64,000 bases of DNA, from contig JBGUSX010000116.1 of assembly GCA_045132775.1 (NCBI GenBank), positions 24,476-88,475 on the forward strand, read 5' to 3'. The DNA comes from Eubacteriales bacterium. Its GTDB lineage: Bacteria; Bacillota; Clostridia; Oscillospirales; CAG-272. Below, piece by piece: positions 27,171 through 36,869 of the stretch (positions are counted from its first letter, which is position 1; each line of letters opens with the position of its first letter). The notes under the pieces are model-generated. The model searched no databases. It was not told the DNA's origin and saw nothing but the letters and a program-made list of their open reading frames with translations. A program made the position numbers and the translations under genes.

Positions 27171-28034
27171 TTATCTTTCGTTCGCTACGAAGAAAAGTGC
27201 GAGTGTTCCGGGGCCCGAGTGTGCGCCGATGACCGGTCCTACGTAGTCGATGAGTATATCGGTAATTCCGAATTCCGCGGTAACCATATCCGCGAGCTTC
27301 TTTGCGTCGTCATAGCAATCTCCGTGACAGATATACACTGTCTGTCCCTCAGGGTTGATCGCCGACTTTTTCATATTCTCGACGAGAGCTCTGATGGATG
27401 CCTCTCTTCCGCGTGCCTTTGCTACGTTGATAAGCTTTCCTGCGTTGTCAACGTGCATAACGGGCTTTATCTGGAGCACTGTTCCCATTACTGCGGTTGC
27501 CGCAGATACGCGTCCTCCGCGCTTTAAGAAGAAGAGATCCTCTACTGTGAACCAGTGCGCGAGGTTGAGACGGGTATCCTCGAGATACTTCTTAAGCTCG
27601 TCTACCGTTGCGCCCTCTTTCTTTTTATCGACTGCATACTTTACGAAGAGTCCCTGACCGAGTGCGGCGCAAAGTGAATCGACTGTGAGTATCTTACATT
27701 CGGGATACTTTTCCATTACATCCTCTGCGGCATTCTTTCCCGCCATATAGGTTGCTGAAAGTCCCGATGAAAAACCGATATAGATTATATCCTTACCCTC
27801 TTTCGCGATCTCCTCAAATACTGCGCAAAAGCTTTCCATATTTGCCGCTGAGGTCTTTACGGCGCGCTTGTCTCGCAGATAGCCGTAAAATTCCTTAGGC
27901 TCTATCTCGTGATTGAGAAAGCTTCCGACACCATCGATAGTTACTTCAAGCGAGAGCACCTTTATTCCCCACTCTTCTACAAGGTTGCGGGGAAGGTCGC
28001 ACGAGGAGTCTGTAACAATTACGTATTCTTTCAT
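27171..28034 (-). CDS. fakB: DegV family fatty acid-binding protein
   Basis: TDSSCDL, TSA, SSGLSAT, L.RGGRVS, IGAHSGPG. Confidence 0.93.
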   Translation of the reverse strand: MKEYVIVTDSSCDLPRNLVEEWGIKVLSLEVTIDGVGSFLNHEIEPKEFYGYLRDKRAVKTSAANMESFCAVFEEIAKEGKDIIYIGFSSGLSATYMAGKNAAEDVMEKYPECKILTVDSLCAALGQGLFVKYAVDKKKEGATVDELKKYLEDTRLNLAHWFTVEDLFFLKRGGRVSAATAVMGTVLQIKPVMHVDNAGKLINVAKARGREASIRALVENMKKSAINPEGQTVYICHGDCYDDAKKLADMVTAEFGITDILIDYVGPVIGAHSGPGTLALFFVANER

Positions 28035-28296
28035 TTTTCCTCCTTGTCGGTCCGATACGTGCGTTTACCTATCACATGTTTCGGATGTATCAGTTTTATG
28101 ATGTTGACTTGTCAACACTTCATCTTAAATATTATACACTATATTCTTCCATTTGTCAATGCTTTTTAGGTATTTTTTGCTCTCACGGTCTTATTATAAT
28201 ATTAAATAGACCTTTTCTTTGTCGTTTGCGGTTGACAAAGGTCGGCTATTGTGATAAAATATACTTGTTTGAAATCTTGCACGGAGTATTGAAAAA

Positions 28297-30447
28297 ATGA
28301 CTGTTATCATTGCAGAAAAGCCAAGCTTGGCGCGAAATATCGTTGAGGGAATACAGCAGATGTCGGGCTGCTCTCTAGGACGTAAAAACGGTTATTTTGA
28401 GGGTGGCGGCTACATTGTTACGTGGGCGTTCGGTCACCTTTTTTCTTTGTGCGATATTGAGGATTACACGTGCGGTGACCCCTCTGCGCGCTGGACTCTT
28501 GACAATCTTCCCTGCTTTCCCGACAGCTTCAGATTCAAGCTCAAGGTGGGTCCTGACAAAAAGGTAGACTCGGGTGTTGAGCGTCAGTTTATGACGATCA
28601 AATATCTTTGCTGTCGTGAGGACGTTGATTGCATCGTAAATGCGGGAGACTCCGATCGCGAGGGTGAGATCATCATTCGTCTTTGCGTTATGAACACGGG
28701 AGCGCTTGATATGGGTAACAAGTCCTTTATGCGTCTTTGGCTTCCCGACCAGACTCCCGAGACTATCGGCAAGGCTATTGCCGAGATGAAGGACGAGAAC
28801 GAATACCAGAATCTTGCCGACGAGGGATTTGCACGCACCTACATTGACTGGCTTTACGGTGTTAATCTCACGCGATATGCGACACTCAAGACGGGGATGC
28901 TATTGCGTGTCGGTCGCGTTATCGTTCCCATCGTTCGCGCGATATACGACAGAGATATGGCGATACGCAATTTCGTTCCCGACGTTTATTTTGCCGCGGT
29001 CTCCAAGGAGATCACCAAGGGCGAGGAGATCGAGCTTGTCAGTAAGGTGAAGTTTGAAAAAGATCAGCTTGCCAAGTCCGAGGCTCTTTGCGCAAAATAC
29101 AATGCAAGTCAGGCTATCGTTATTTCGAAAAAGACAAAAAAAGAAACGGTAAATCCCGGAAAACTCTTTTCCCTTTCAAAACTTCAGAACGTGTTGAGCA
29201 AAAAATACAAGATGAGTATGGCGGACAGCCTTGCTATCGTTCAGAAGCTTTACGAGGAGGGATATCTCACTTATCCCAGAACCAACTCCGAATACCTTGC
29301 AACAAATGAAAAGGACAAGGTCAAAAAGATAATCAATGCGATCAAGGGCTTGGGTTATCCCGTTGTCTTCAAAGATAAAAAGACTATATTCGATGATTCC
29401 AAGATCGAGAGCCACTCCGCTCTCACCCCGACGCACAAGATCCCCAAAAAAGAGCGTCTTTCCGAAAAGGAAATGCTCGTTTACCAGACGGTCTTCCGCC
29501 GTTTCGTGTCTGTCTTCTGTGAGGAGGAATGTCTTGCTCAAAAGACCGAGATCGTTATAGACGTTGGCGGCTACGAGCAGTTCACGCTTAAGGGTGTCAT
29601 CATACTCCAAAAGGGATTTTTGCGCTTTGACGACTCCGAAAGAAAGGACAAGATCTTGCCTCCGCTTGAAAAGGGCGATCTTGTCAACATTGACTTCCAT
29701 CCCGTAGAAAAGCAGACCTCCCCACCCAAGCACTACACTGTTGAAACTCTCAACAACTATCTGAAAAATCCCTTCCGCGAGGACAAGGCAGCAGCGGCGG
29801 AGCGTGCCGCACAGTCGGCTGACGGCGAGGGGGTTGAAAATGATGAAGAGGATTACAGAGCAATATTCGAGGGTCTTGAGCTCGGAACCGAGGCAACGCG
29901 CACGGGAATTATCGAAAACGCGATAAAATCGGGGTATATCAGTCTTAAAAAGGATGTTTACAACATTCTACCCGGTGGCGAATACCTTATTGAACAGCTT
30001 ATGCAGATGAGGGTTCAGATGGATAAATACAAGACCAGCGAGCTCGGTCAGGCACTAAAGAAGGTCTACCGCGGAGACATTACGATAAATGACAGCGTTT
30101 CCCTTGCCTGCCGTGAGATCAGTGCGGTATTCGAGCACAAGAACGAGGCTCTTGAAACAGACACCGACACCGGCTTCTACGGAGATCACGTGGGTATTTG
30201 TCCCGTTTGCGGCAAAGAGGTAGTCAAGGGTCGATACGGTTACGGCTGTCTTGGATACAAGGAGGGCTGTAAATTCAGGATCGGCAGCTTTATTTGCAAG
30301 CGTCCGATCTCGATACAAAATGCAAGAAAGATCCTCTCTGACGGTATCTCATCCGAAATTCAGGGATTCATCTCGAAAAACGGAAAGCCGTTCAACGCAA
30401 AGCTGAAGCTTGACGGAGATAAGGTAATATTTGATTTTACAAAATAA
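28297..30447 (+). CDS. topB: Type IA DNA topoisomerase (topoisomerase III-like)
   Basis: AEKPS, D.DREGE, GRV, LTYPRT, GTEATR, C-terminal zinc ribbon and GF.SK.GK.F.A.L repeat. Confidence 0.9.
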   Translation: MTVIIAEKPSLARNIVEGIQQMSGCSLGRKNGYFEGGGYIVTWAFGHLFSLCDIEDYTCGDPSARWTLDNLPCFPDSFRFKLKVGPDKKVDSGVERQFMTIKYLCCREDVDCIVNAGDSDREGEIIIRLCVMNTGALDMGNKSFMRLWLPDQTPETIGKAIAEMKDENEYQNLADEGFARTYIDWLYGVNLTRYATLKTGMLLRVGRVIVPIVRAIYDRDMAIRNFVPDVYFAAVSKEITKGEEIELVSKVKFEKDQLAKSEALCAKYNASQAIVISKKTKKETVNPGKLFSLSKLQNVLSKKYKMSMADSLAIVQKLYEEGYLTYPRTNSEYLATNEKDKVKKIINAIKGLGYPVVFKDKKTIFDDSKIESHSALTPTHKIPKKERLSEKEMLVYQTVFRRFVSVFCEEECLAQKTEIVIDVGGYEQFTLKGVIILQKGFLRFDDSERKDKILPPLEKGDLVNIDFHPVEKQTSPPKHYTVETLNNYLKNPFREDKAAAAERAAQSADGEGVENDEEDYRAIFEGLELGTEATRTGIIENAIKSGYISLKKDVYNILPGGEYLIEQLMQMRVQMDKYKTSELGQALKKVYRGDITINDSVSLACREISAVFEHKNEALETDTDTGFYGDHVGICPVCGKEVVKGRYGYGCLGYKEGCKFRIGSFICKRPISIQNARKILSDGISSEIQGFISKNGKPFNAKLKLDGDKVIFDFTK

Positions 30448-30448
30448 C

Positions 30449-30487
30449 ATAAAAGATCCCGTGGAACTTGCCACGGGATCTTTTATG
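30449..30487. terminator. Bidirectional terminator
   Basis: aaaagatcccgtgg-aacttg-ccacgggatctttt. Confidence 0.85.
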
Positions 30488-30508
30488 TATTGTCATTGAT
30501 TGGATTTA

Positions 30509-31678
30509 TTAGTTAAGCGGTACTCCGCCAAGCTCCCAGTCCTCAGAGGATTTCTCCCAGAAGATCTTTAAGCTCGTGTTTCCGCCGTTCCAATTATCGC
30601 CTTTCTTAACAGCTTCCCACTGCGATTTAACTCCATTGAAATAAACCGACTCGAGAGAAGTGCATCCGCTGAAGGCATCTGCTCCAATGCTTGTAATATT
30701 GCTACTGAGCGTGATGCTCTTGATATCTGCGCAATCCTTGAATGCTCCGTCCTCAATTCCCGTTATAAGCTTACTGCCTACAACACTGGGAACGACGATA
30801 GCTGTATCGGCACATTCGCCTATACCTGATACGGAGTACGTAATTCCGTCACTGTTCATTACGTATTCGAGCTTATCGCTGGTGTTGCCCTGGTATACGG
30901 CAGTGTAAAGCTCGTTGGTCTCACCTGCGACAACGGTATAGCTCGCATTGCTCGAAACGATCTCACCTGCGCTATTTCTCCATCCGGCAAAGATGAAATC
31001 CTCGTCAGACGTGGGTGCTGTTATCGTCAAAGACGTGCCCACTTTATAGAGTCCGTGATTGAATCCGTCCTCAAAGGTTCCGCCCAAAAGCTTTACCTGC
31101 ACGAACTCATCGGTAGCAAGTGTATCGGTCTTGTAATTCGTGTATTTCTGTGCGAGCGCACCGTAATTCAGCATATCCGCGAGAAGTGCGATAAGCTTTT
31201 CATCGCTACTGGGTGATGACGTTTTGCCCATCATATTATACGCATACTGAAGGATGCTGTATTTTTTGGGTGCACTGTAATACTCTGTATTTCCGACCTT
31301 AACGTATGCCCTTGCATATACCACATCGGTCATCTGCTTTGCGGCGAGCTCCTTATAGTCGAATATCACGTAATCTCCGACCTCAGGATCTACATATCCG
31401 TTCGAAAGAACGGCTTTCTCTGTACCCTTAACATATTCGGTCTGGGGCTCGGTCCAGATGAGCATAGCGATATCATCAATGTCAACGTTCTTGTAGTCAA
31501 TTGCATACTTGATATAAACCGAATCGCTGAACGAAAGGTTGGCTCCGTAAATTTTGAGCTCAACATCTGCGCTGTTTTGATTCGCTACGTCGCTTGCAAC
31601 AATGGCAACTACCACAGCGGCACAGATCATCAGCACTGCTACAGCTATTATCAAAATGCGTTTAAGGCTCTTTTTCAT
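30509..31678 (-). CDS. Exported protein: uncharacterised N-terminal domain, InlB-B-like repeat and short BspA-type LRR
   Basis: N-terminal anchor; F.GW...G motif; I.DGAF..C..I.SI.L...ITSIG.DAF.GC repeats. Confidence 0.75.
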   Translation of the reverse strand: MKKSLKRILIIAVAVLMICAAVVVAIVASDVANQNSADVELKIYGANLSFSDSVYIKYAIDYKNVDIDDIAMLIWTEPQTEYVKGTEKAVLSNGYVDPEVGDYVIFDYKELAAKQMTDVVYARAYVKVGNTEYYSAPKKYSILQYAYNMMGKTSSPSSDEKLIALLADMLNYGALAQKYTNYKTDTLATDEFVQVKLLGGTFEDGFNHGLYKVGTSLTITAPTSDEDFIFAGWRNSAGEIVSSNASYTVVAGETNELYTAVYQGNTSDKLEYVMNSDGITYSVSGIGECADTAIVVPSVVGSKLITGIEDGAFKDCADIKSITLSSNITSIGADAFSGCTSLESVYFNGVKSQWEAVKKGDNWNGGNTSLKIFWEKSSEDWELGGVPLN

Positions 31679-31724
31679 ATTAAAGAAATCCTCTATCTTA
31701 AGTAGTTTGAAAAGCTATTTATAG

Positions 31725-32627
31725 TTATTTATACACCTTTTCAGAAACAATGTCAATATCTTTTGCATTTTTTATTTCAAAATCCGCCTGAAAAACGTTT
31801 ATTTTACATCTTGAGGCTATTCCCGCCTCTTCATTCAATATGATCTCCCCGATACTGTCGGCATTTATATATCCTGAAATCGGGTTCTTGACGCTAACGA
31901 TATTTCCCTTGACGGATGCGCAGACCTCACTTCTTTCAAATGAAAGATCTGTCCCCTCCATTTCGCAATCCTCGAGTACGAGCCCCTTGCAGTAGCAAAG
32001 CGGCTGTGTGCCCGATATTTTACAACGGACGAGCTTTAGATTCTCCGAATACCACGCAAGGTATTCCCCCGAGATCACGCTATCGTAAACGGTCACGTTT
32101 TTTGCGTGCCAGAAGGCATCCTTGGTCTTGAATTCGCAATTTATGAACGTGGAATTTTCTATGTACTGGAAGGAATATTTGCCCGTCATTTTCAGTCCGT
32201 CGACCTCCATACCCTTACATTCGAAAAAGGGATACTGGGAGTTCAATTCACAGCTGTCAATGTATACGTTTCTGCATCTCCATCCGAATTCCTCGGAATT
32301 TATATCGCATCCGACGAGCGTAACTCCGTCACATTCACGCAACGCCTTGATTCCGTGAAGCTTACTGTCGGTTATTCTGACATCGCTGTCATACCAGAGC
32401 GCCGCGCGGCATTTTTCGGTCATTTCGACCCCACGGATATTTGCGTCATCAACGTGCCACAAGGGATAGCGGAGATTAAAGTAACAATCTTTGACCTCGA
32501 TATTTCTACACTCCTTGAGTGCGGATTCTCCGTCCTCCTCGCCGTCAAAACGGCATCCGATGACCTTCGAATCCCTTATACCGTAAAGAGCGCGTTCTTC
32601 ACCGTACGTTTTGTTTTCGTATTTCAT
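31725..32627 (-). CDS. DUF3737 family beta-helix protein
   Basis: ERALY, GESALKE, RYPLWH, KDAFW, GEYLAW, TQPLCY, DLSFE motifs. Confidence 0.9.
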   Translation of the reverse strand: MKYENKTYGEERALYGIRDSKVIGCRFDGEEDGESALKECRNIEVKDCYFNLRYPLWHVDDANIRGVEMTEKCRAALWYDSDVRITDSKLHGIKALRECDGVTLVGCDINSEEFGWRCRNVYIDSCELNSQYPFFECKGMEVDGLKMTGKYSFQYIENSTFINCEFKTKDAFWHAKNVTVYDSVISGEYLAWYSENLKLVRCKISGTQPLCYCKGLVLEDCEMEGTDLSFERSEVCASVKGNIVSVKNPISGYINADSIGEIILNEEAGIASRCKINVFQADFEIKNAKDIDIVSEKVYK

Positions 32628-32647
32628 GTTACACCTGTTTTTACCTA

Positions 32648-33247
32648 TTAAAGATCTCGTCTGCCCTCAAGAGCTCTATAGAGCGTGATCTCGTCCGCGT
32701 ATTCCAGGTCGCTTCCCATAGGCACTCCGTACGCAAGACGGGTAACCTTGATGTCAAAATTTTTGAGCAGCCTTGAGATATACATCGCGGTCGCCTCGCC
32801 CTCTACGGTCGGGTTTGTCGCGACTATTGCCTCTTCGATCTCGCCCTCGTCGATCCTTGCGAGCAGCTCCTTTATCTTGAGCTTATCGGGAGTGGTTCCG
32901 TTCATTGGGGATATTACACCGTGAAGCACGTGGTAAAGTCCCTTATACTCTCTGACCTTTTCCATTGAGATAACTACTCTTGCGTCCGACACGATGCAAA
33001 CTGTTTTTCTGTCTCTCGTCTCGTCGGCGCATATCGGGCAGATATCACGGTCGGTGAGGTTCTGACATATCGGGCAGAGGTGTATCTTCTCTTTTGCCTC
33101 GATTATTGCCTTGGCAAACTCTGCCGCGTCCTCGTCGGTCATATCAAGCACGGAAAACGCCATTTTCATGGCGTTCTTTTTTCCTATTCCCTGCAGTCTG
33201 CCGAATTGCTCGGCAAGCTTTTGCAATGACTCTATATATTCAGCCAT
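32648..33247 (-). CDS. recR: Recombination mediator RecR
   Basis: HhH, C4 zinc finger, YHVLHGVISP, ATNPTVEGEATA. Confidence 0.98.
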   Translation of the reverse strand: MAEYIESLQKLAEQFGRLQGIGKKNAMKMAFSVLDMTDEDAAEFAKAIIEAKEKIHLCPICQNLTDRDICPICADETRDRKTVCIVSDARVVISMEKVREYKGLYHVLHGVISPMNGTTPDKLKIKELLARIDEGEIEEAIVATNPTVEGEATAMYISRLLKNFDIKVTRLAYGVPMGSDLEYADEITLYRALEGRRDL

Positions 33248-33248
33248 A

Positions 33249-33596
33249 TCAGAACATTCCGGGCATATTCATGCCCTTTGTGATCTTATCCATTTCCTCG
33301 CTGTTGGTGTTCTCAACACGCTTGATAGCCTCGTTTACTGCCGCCACGAGAATGTCAGACAGTGTCTCGATATCGTCGGGGTCGACTATCTCGGGCTGAA
33401 TATCTATGGAGAGGATCTCCTTCTTTCCGTTGATCTTGACAGCGACTACTCCGCCGCCTGCCTTTATCTCGTATTCGCGAGCATCAAGATCCTCCTGAAG
33501 TGCCGCCATATCCTCCTGCATCTTCTGTGCCTGGCGGAGCATTGCCTGCATATTCTGCGGTCCGCCGCCCATTCCCTTCGGTATATTAGCTCTCAT
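33249..33596 (-). CDS. ybaB: YbaB/EbfC nucleoid-associated protein
   Basis: QAQKMQ, AGGG.V, DPDD.E.L.D...AA.NEA; dnaX-ybaB-recR synteny. Confidence 0.96.
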   Translation of the reverse strand: MRANIPKGMGGGPQNMQAMLRQAQKMQEDMAALQEDLDAREYEIKAGGGVVAVKINGKKEILSIDIQPEIVDPDDIETLSDILVAAVNEAIKRVENTNSEEMDKITKGMNMPGMF

Positions 33597-33637
33597 TTTT
33601 ATTTCCTCCAATGAATTTTTATCTTCTTATCAAGTTA

Positions 33638-35317
33638 TCAAGCGTTCTCTGCCGCTTCTATTATTTTATCGATCATACCGTTGCCCTTTTTCTCCTCTTC
33701 GCACTCGCATTTCATATTCGCCACGGTGAACGGTCTTCCCGTCACCTCGGATATCACACCGACGAAGAAGGGCTCTCCGTCAAACATTTTCATATTGTCG
33801 ATCTCGAATTTTGCCGCGAATTTGAGGATGATATTACCGTTGTCATCGGTGTACCATTTTGCTCGCTTGAAGAAGGATGCGAGCATTGCACTCCTCGTAT
33901 CCATTATCTCCATTGCCTCCGCCCTCTGTCTGAAGGGCTTGAGGACACGGACGTTGCCCTGCGCAGCTGCAGCTTCGGGTGTGGGTGCTACAGTTTTTTC
34001 GGCTTTTCTGACGGGAGCGGGTGCATCACCCTTGAATTCGTCGTCATCTTCCTGCTTTTGCACTCTCGATGCGCGCTTTTGGACGGGCTTTTCCTCGACT
34101 TTGGGCTCCGCCTTGGTCTCCGATTTTGTCTCGGGCTCTTCGAACGACTGCTTCGTCTGCGGAGCAACACCAGATGCGACCGCCTTTTCAAGTGCCGCAA
34201 TTCTTGCCATCATTGCCTCGGGGCTTGAGGAAAGTCTTGCATCACACATTTTTACGAGTGTAAGCTCGGCTATGATTCTTCTTACTGCGTTTGATCTCTG
34301 CATTGCGGGCAGAGCGTCGTTGAGCAGTTGGCTATGATAGGACAAAAGCTCTATTGTGAATTGCTTTGCTATTGACGTCAGTGCCTCGGTCTCGCTGTCG
34401 GTAAGGTCAAGGTAGCGCGCAGGCTCCTTTGCGCTCTTTACGATAAGGAGGTCTCTGTAAACAGAGATGAGCTCCTGCCAGAACACTGTTATGTCCTTGG
34501 ATGAACGCACCGTTTCGTCAACTGCCTCAAATATCGCGTCGTGATCCTTCTCGGCTATCGCTCTTACGACTCCGAGCATTTTTTCTCTGCCGCCAAGTCC
34601 GACGGTGTCGGCTACAAGCTCGTCGTCAATGAGTCTGCGGTTTCCTGCGCAAAGGTCGAGAAGGCTTATTGCGTCTCTCATTCCTCCCTGCGCGTGCTTT
34701 GCAAGCATCACCGCCGCACTCTCTGTTATCTCTATCCCCTCTTGCGCGGCAATTCGGAGAAGATGGTTTTTAAGTACTTCGGTCGTAATTCTCCTGAAAT
34801 CAAACCTCTGACATCTCGATATGATAGTCGCGGGAAGCTTGTGGAGCTCGGTGGTTGCAAGAATGAACACAACGTGCTCGGGCGGCTCCTCGAGTGTTTT
34901 GAGCAGCGCGTTGAATGCACTCGTCGAGAGCATATGCACCTCGTCGATGATGTAAACTCTGTATTTGAGGTTTGACGGCGAATAAACGACCTCGTCGCGA
35001 ATGTCTCTGATGTCGTCAACACCGTTGTTGGATGCAGCGTCCATCTCAAGCACGTCGGTAGCCGCGCCTGATTCGATCGCTACGCAGGACGCGCACTTGC
35101 CGCAAGGACTTCCGCCTACGGGCGACTCACAGTTTACTGCCTTCGCAAGAATCTTTGCGCAGGTAGTCTTACCCGTTCCGCGAGATCCGCAGAAAAGATA
35201 CGCGTGCGAGAACTTATTATTCGCGATCTCATATTTCAAAATTGATGTGATATGATCCTGACCGTAAACCTCGTCAAAGCTTTTCGGTCTCCATTTTCTG
35301 TATAGAGCCTGGTGCAT
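33638..35317 (-). CDS. dnaX: DNA polymerase III subunit gamma/tau
   Basis: ALYRKWRP, GSRGTGKTT, DAASNNGVD, IIDEVHML, SRCQRF. Confidence 0.98.
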   Translation of the reverse strand: MHQALYRKWRPKSFDEVYGQDHITSILKYEIANNKFSHAYLFCGSRGTGKTTCAKILAKAVNCESPVGGSPCGKCASCVAIESGAATDVLEMDAASNNGVDDIRDIRDEVVYSPSNLKYRVYIIDEVHMLSTSAFNALLKTLEEPPEHVVFILATTELHKLPATIISRCQRFDFRRITTEVLKNHLLRIAAQEGIEITESAAVMLAKHAQGGMRDAISLLDLCAGNRRLIDDELVADTVGLGGREKMLGVVRAIAEKDHDAIFEAVDETVRSSKDITVFWQELISVYRDLLIVKSAKEPARYLDLTDSETEALTSIAKQFTIELLSYHSQLLNDALPAMQRSNAVRRIIAELTLVKMCDARLSSSPEAMMARIAALEKAVASGVAPQTKQSFEEPETKSETKAEPKVEEKPVQKRASRVQKQEDDDEFKGDAPAPVRKAEKTVAPTPEAAAAQGNVRVLKPFRQRAEAMEIMDTRSAMLASFFKRAKWYTDDNGNIILKFAAKFEIDNMKMFDGEPFFVGVISEVTGRPFTVANMKCECEEEKKGNGMIDKIIEAAENA

Positions 35318-35377
35318 ATCTTTTCTCCTTTCATACGACTTTAAAGAAACTATATTCAGAATACGAAGCACGGATGA

Positions 35378-35474
35378 TTTTTTTCGTAGGCAAGGCGCAC
35401 CGGAGAAAGCAAAGCGAAGGCTTACTTACGTAAGTCGAGATGCTTTCGAGGAGCAACGACGCATACGGAAAAAA
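35378..35474. repeat. Long imperfect hairpin (probable dispersed repeat) between SRP RNA and dnaX
   Basis: Nested pairings ttttttcgta/tacggaaaaa, gaaagca/tgctttc, ggcttac/gtaagtc. Confidence 0.5.
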
Positions 35475-35500
35475 GCGCCGGGCGACTTTATATAAATTTA

Positions 35501-35803
35501 GTGTGCTGCAAAACGAGTACCATACACCGCAAAATCGAACCTCGCCTCCACGCGATCTTCGTATCTCTTGCTCAGGGCAGGCGCCCTCGCGGCACATCGG
35601 GTTAACCGCTTAATGCTGCTTGGTTCCCCATCTGACATGGTTCACAGCTCCCGATTGCGCAAGACCCACCCCTCAACACAAGGGATAAGACTCAATTCGA
35701 AAAGGTCTGACCCTCAAGTGCGGGATCCACCCCTGCTGTAGCGGATTTCAGGTGCAGGGCTCCGCTAATTCCCCGGCTGGTATGGCCTCGTTTCACAGCA
35801 CAC
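35501..35803 (-). ncRNA. ffs: Large (Alu-containing) bacterial SRP RNA
   Basis: Alu-like GGGGAATTAGCGGAGCCCTGCACCTGAAATCCGCT; helix 8 GTGAACCATGTCAGATGG-GGAA-CCAAGCAGCATTAAGC; 5'/3' ends pair; upstream of dnaX. Confidence 0.92.
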
Positions 35804-35910
35804 ACTGTGTTTATTATGTCCGAAACAAATCGAACGTATTATATTATAACAGATATACGGTTATTTTTCAATAGTTTTTTGAAAAATTAACATTTAGTCT
35901 TTAATTGCGC

Positions 35911-36759
35911 TCAAATGAGCGATTTAAGGTACTCGTGTCCTTTGCTTATTCCCTCGATGCAATCCTCCGAGCCCTCGAACTCGATGGAAAGATATCCGTC
36001 GTAGCCCGCGCGCTTGAGGACCTCGACACAGCGCTTTACGTCAACGTCCCCTTCTCCGAGGATCGCGCCCTTGAAGTAATTGCATCCGCGTGTCTGTCCG
36101 TAGCCTTCTTTTTTGTCCTTTGACAGATGGAAATCCTTTGCGTGAGCGTGTATTGCATAAGGTGCGACACGCGAGACTGCGGTCACGTTGTCCTCATCGA
36201 CGCAGGAGAAGTTTCCGATATCGACGAGAAGCCCGTAGTTCTCGTGACCGACGGCGTTGAAAAGTCTTTCCATGCGGTCGGAGTCCTGAGCGACGTATCC
36301 GTGGTTTTCCGAGCAGGTACGTATACCGAGGCTTGCGGCATATTCGGTTATTTCCCTTGCATTTTTTACAATGGTTGGCAGCATCTGATCAAAGCTTCTA
36401 ACTGCTCCCGTTTTCGGCACCGACCAACAAACGTCGTGTCGGAGCACGGGTACGCCGAGTATCTTTGCTATATCAAGCTGTCCTTTTATGCGCTCGACCT
36501 CTGCCTTATCCGCCTCGTCACTTCCCTTGTAAAGATCGGCATTTACCGTGTATGAGACGATCGGTATTCCAAGCTCATCCGCTCTCTCACGGAGCTTCTT
36601 TGCAAGCTCACATCTCTCCTCAAAGGTCTCGCCCGGGAGGGGTGTGAACTCTATACCGTCAAGACCTAACTCGTGTGCCTTATCTATCATTCCGAGGTGG
36701 TCTATTTTGCCTGCATTCAGATACTGCTGAAAGGAATATGAGGTTACTGATATTTTCAT
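35911..36759 (-). CDS. Sugar phosphate isomerase/epimerase (xylose isomerase-like TIM barrel)
   Basis: G.DGIE, ENHG, DIGNF, HAHAKD, G.GDVD, GYDGYLSIEFEG. Confidence 0.88.
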   Translation of the reverse strand: MKISVTSYSFQQYLNAGKIDHLGMIDKAHELGLDGIEFTPLPGETFEERCELAKKLRERADELGIPIVSYTVNADLYKGSDEADKAEVERIKGQLDIAKILGVPVLRHDVCWSVPKTGAVRSFDQMLPTIVKNAREITEYAASLGIRTCSENHGYVAQDSDRMERLFNAVGHENYGLLVDIGNFSCVDEDNVTAVSRVAPYAIHAHAKDFHLSKDKKEGYGQTRGCNYFKGAILGEGDVDVKRCVEVLKRAGYDGYLSIEFEGSEDCIEGISKGHEYLKSLI

Positions 36760-36869
36760 TGGTTTTCTCCTTTGTTTCGGGTTTTATCGTGATTCGATTA
36801 TACCACGGCTACGACCGAGTTGTAAATAATATATTTACAGGTGAAATTTAATGGATCTACAGTTTTCTG

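Noticed and set aside
26229-27527. 432-aa antisense ORF across fakA/fakB
   Set aside because: Fully overlaps two clear genes on the other strand; no domain signal
33638-35317. Programmed -1 frameshift in dnaX
   Set aside because: No A-AAA-AAG slippery site found by eye
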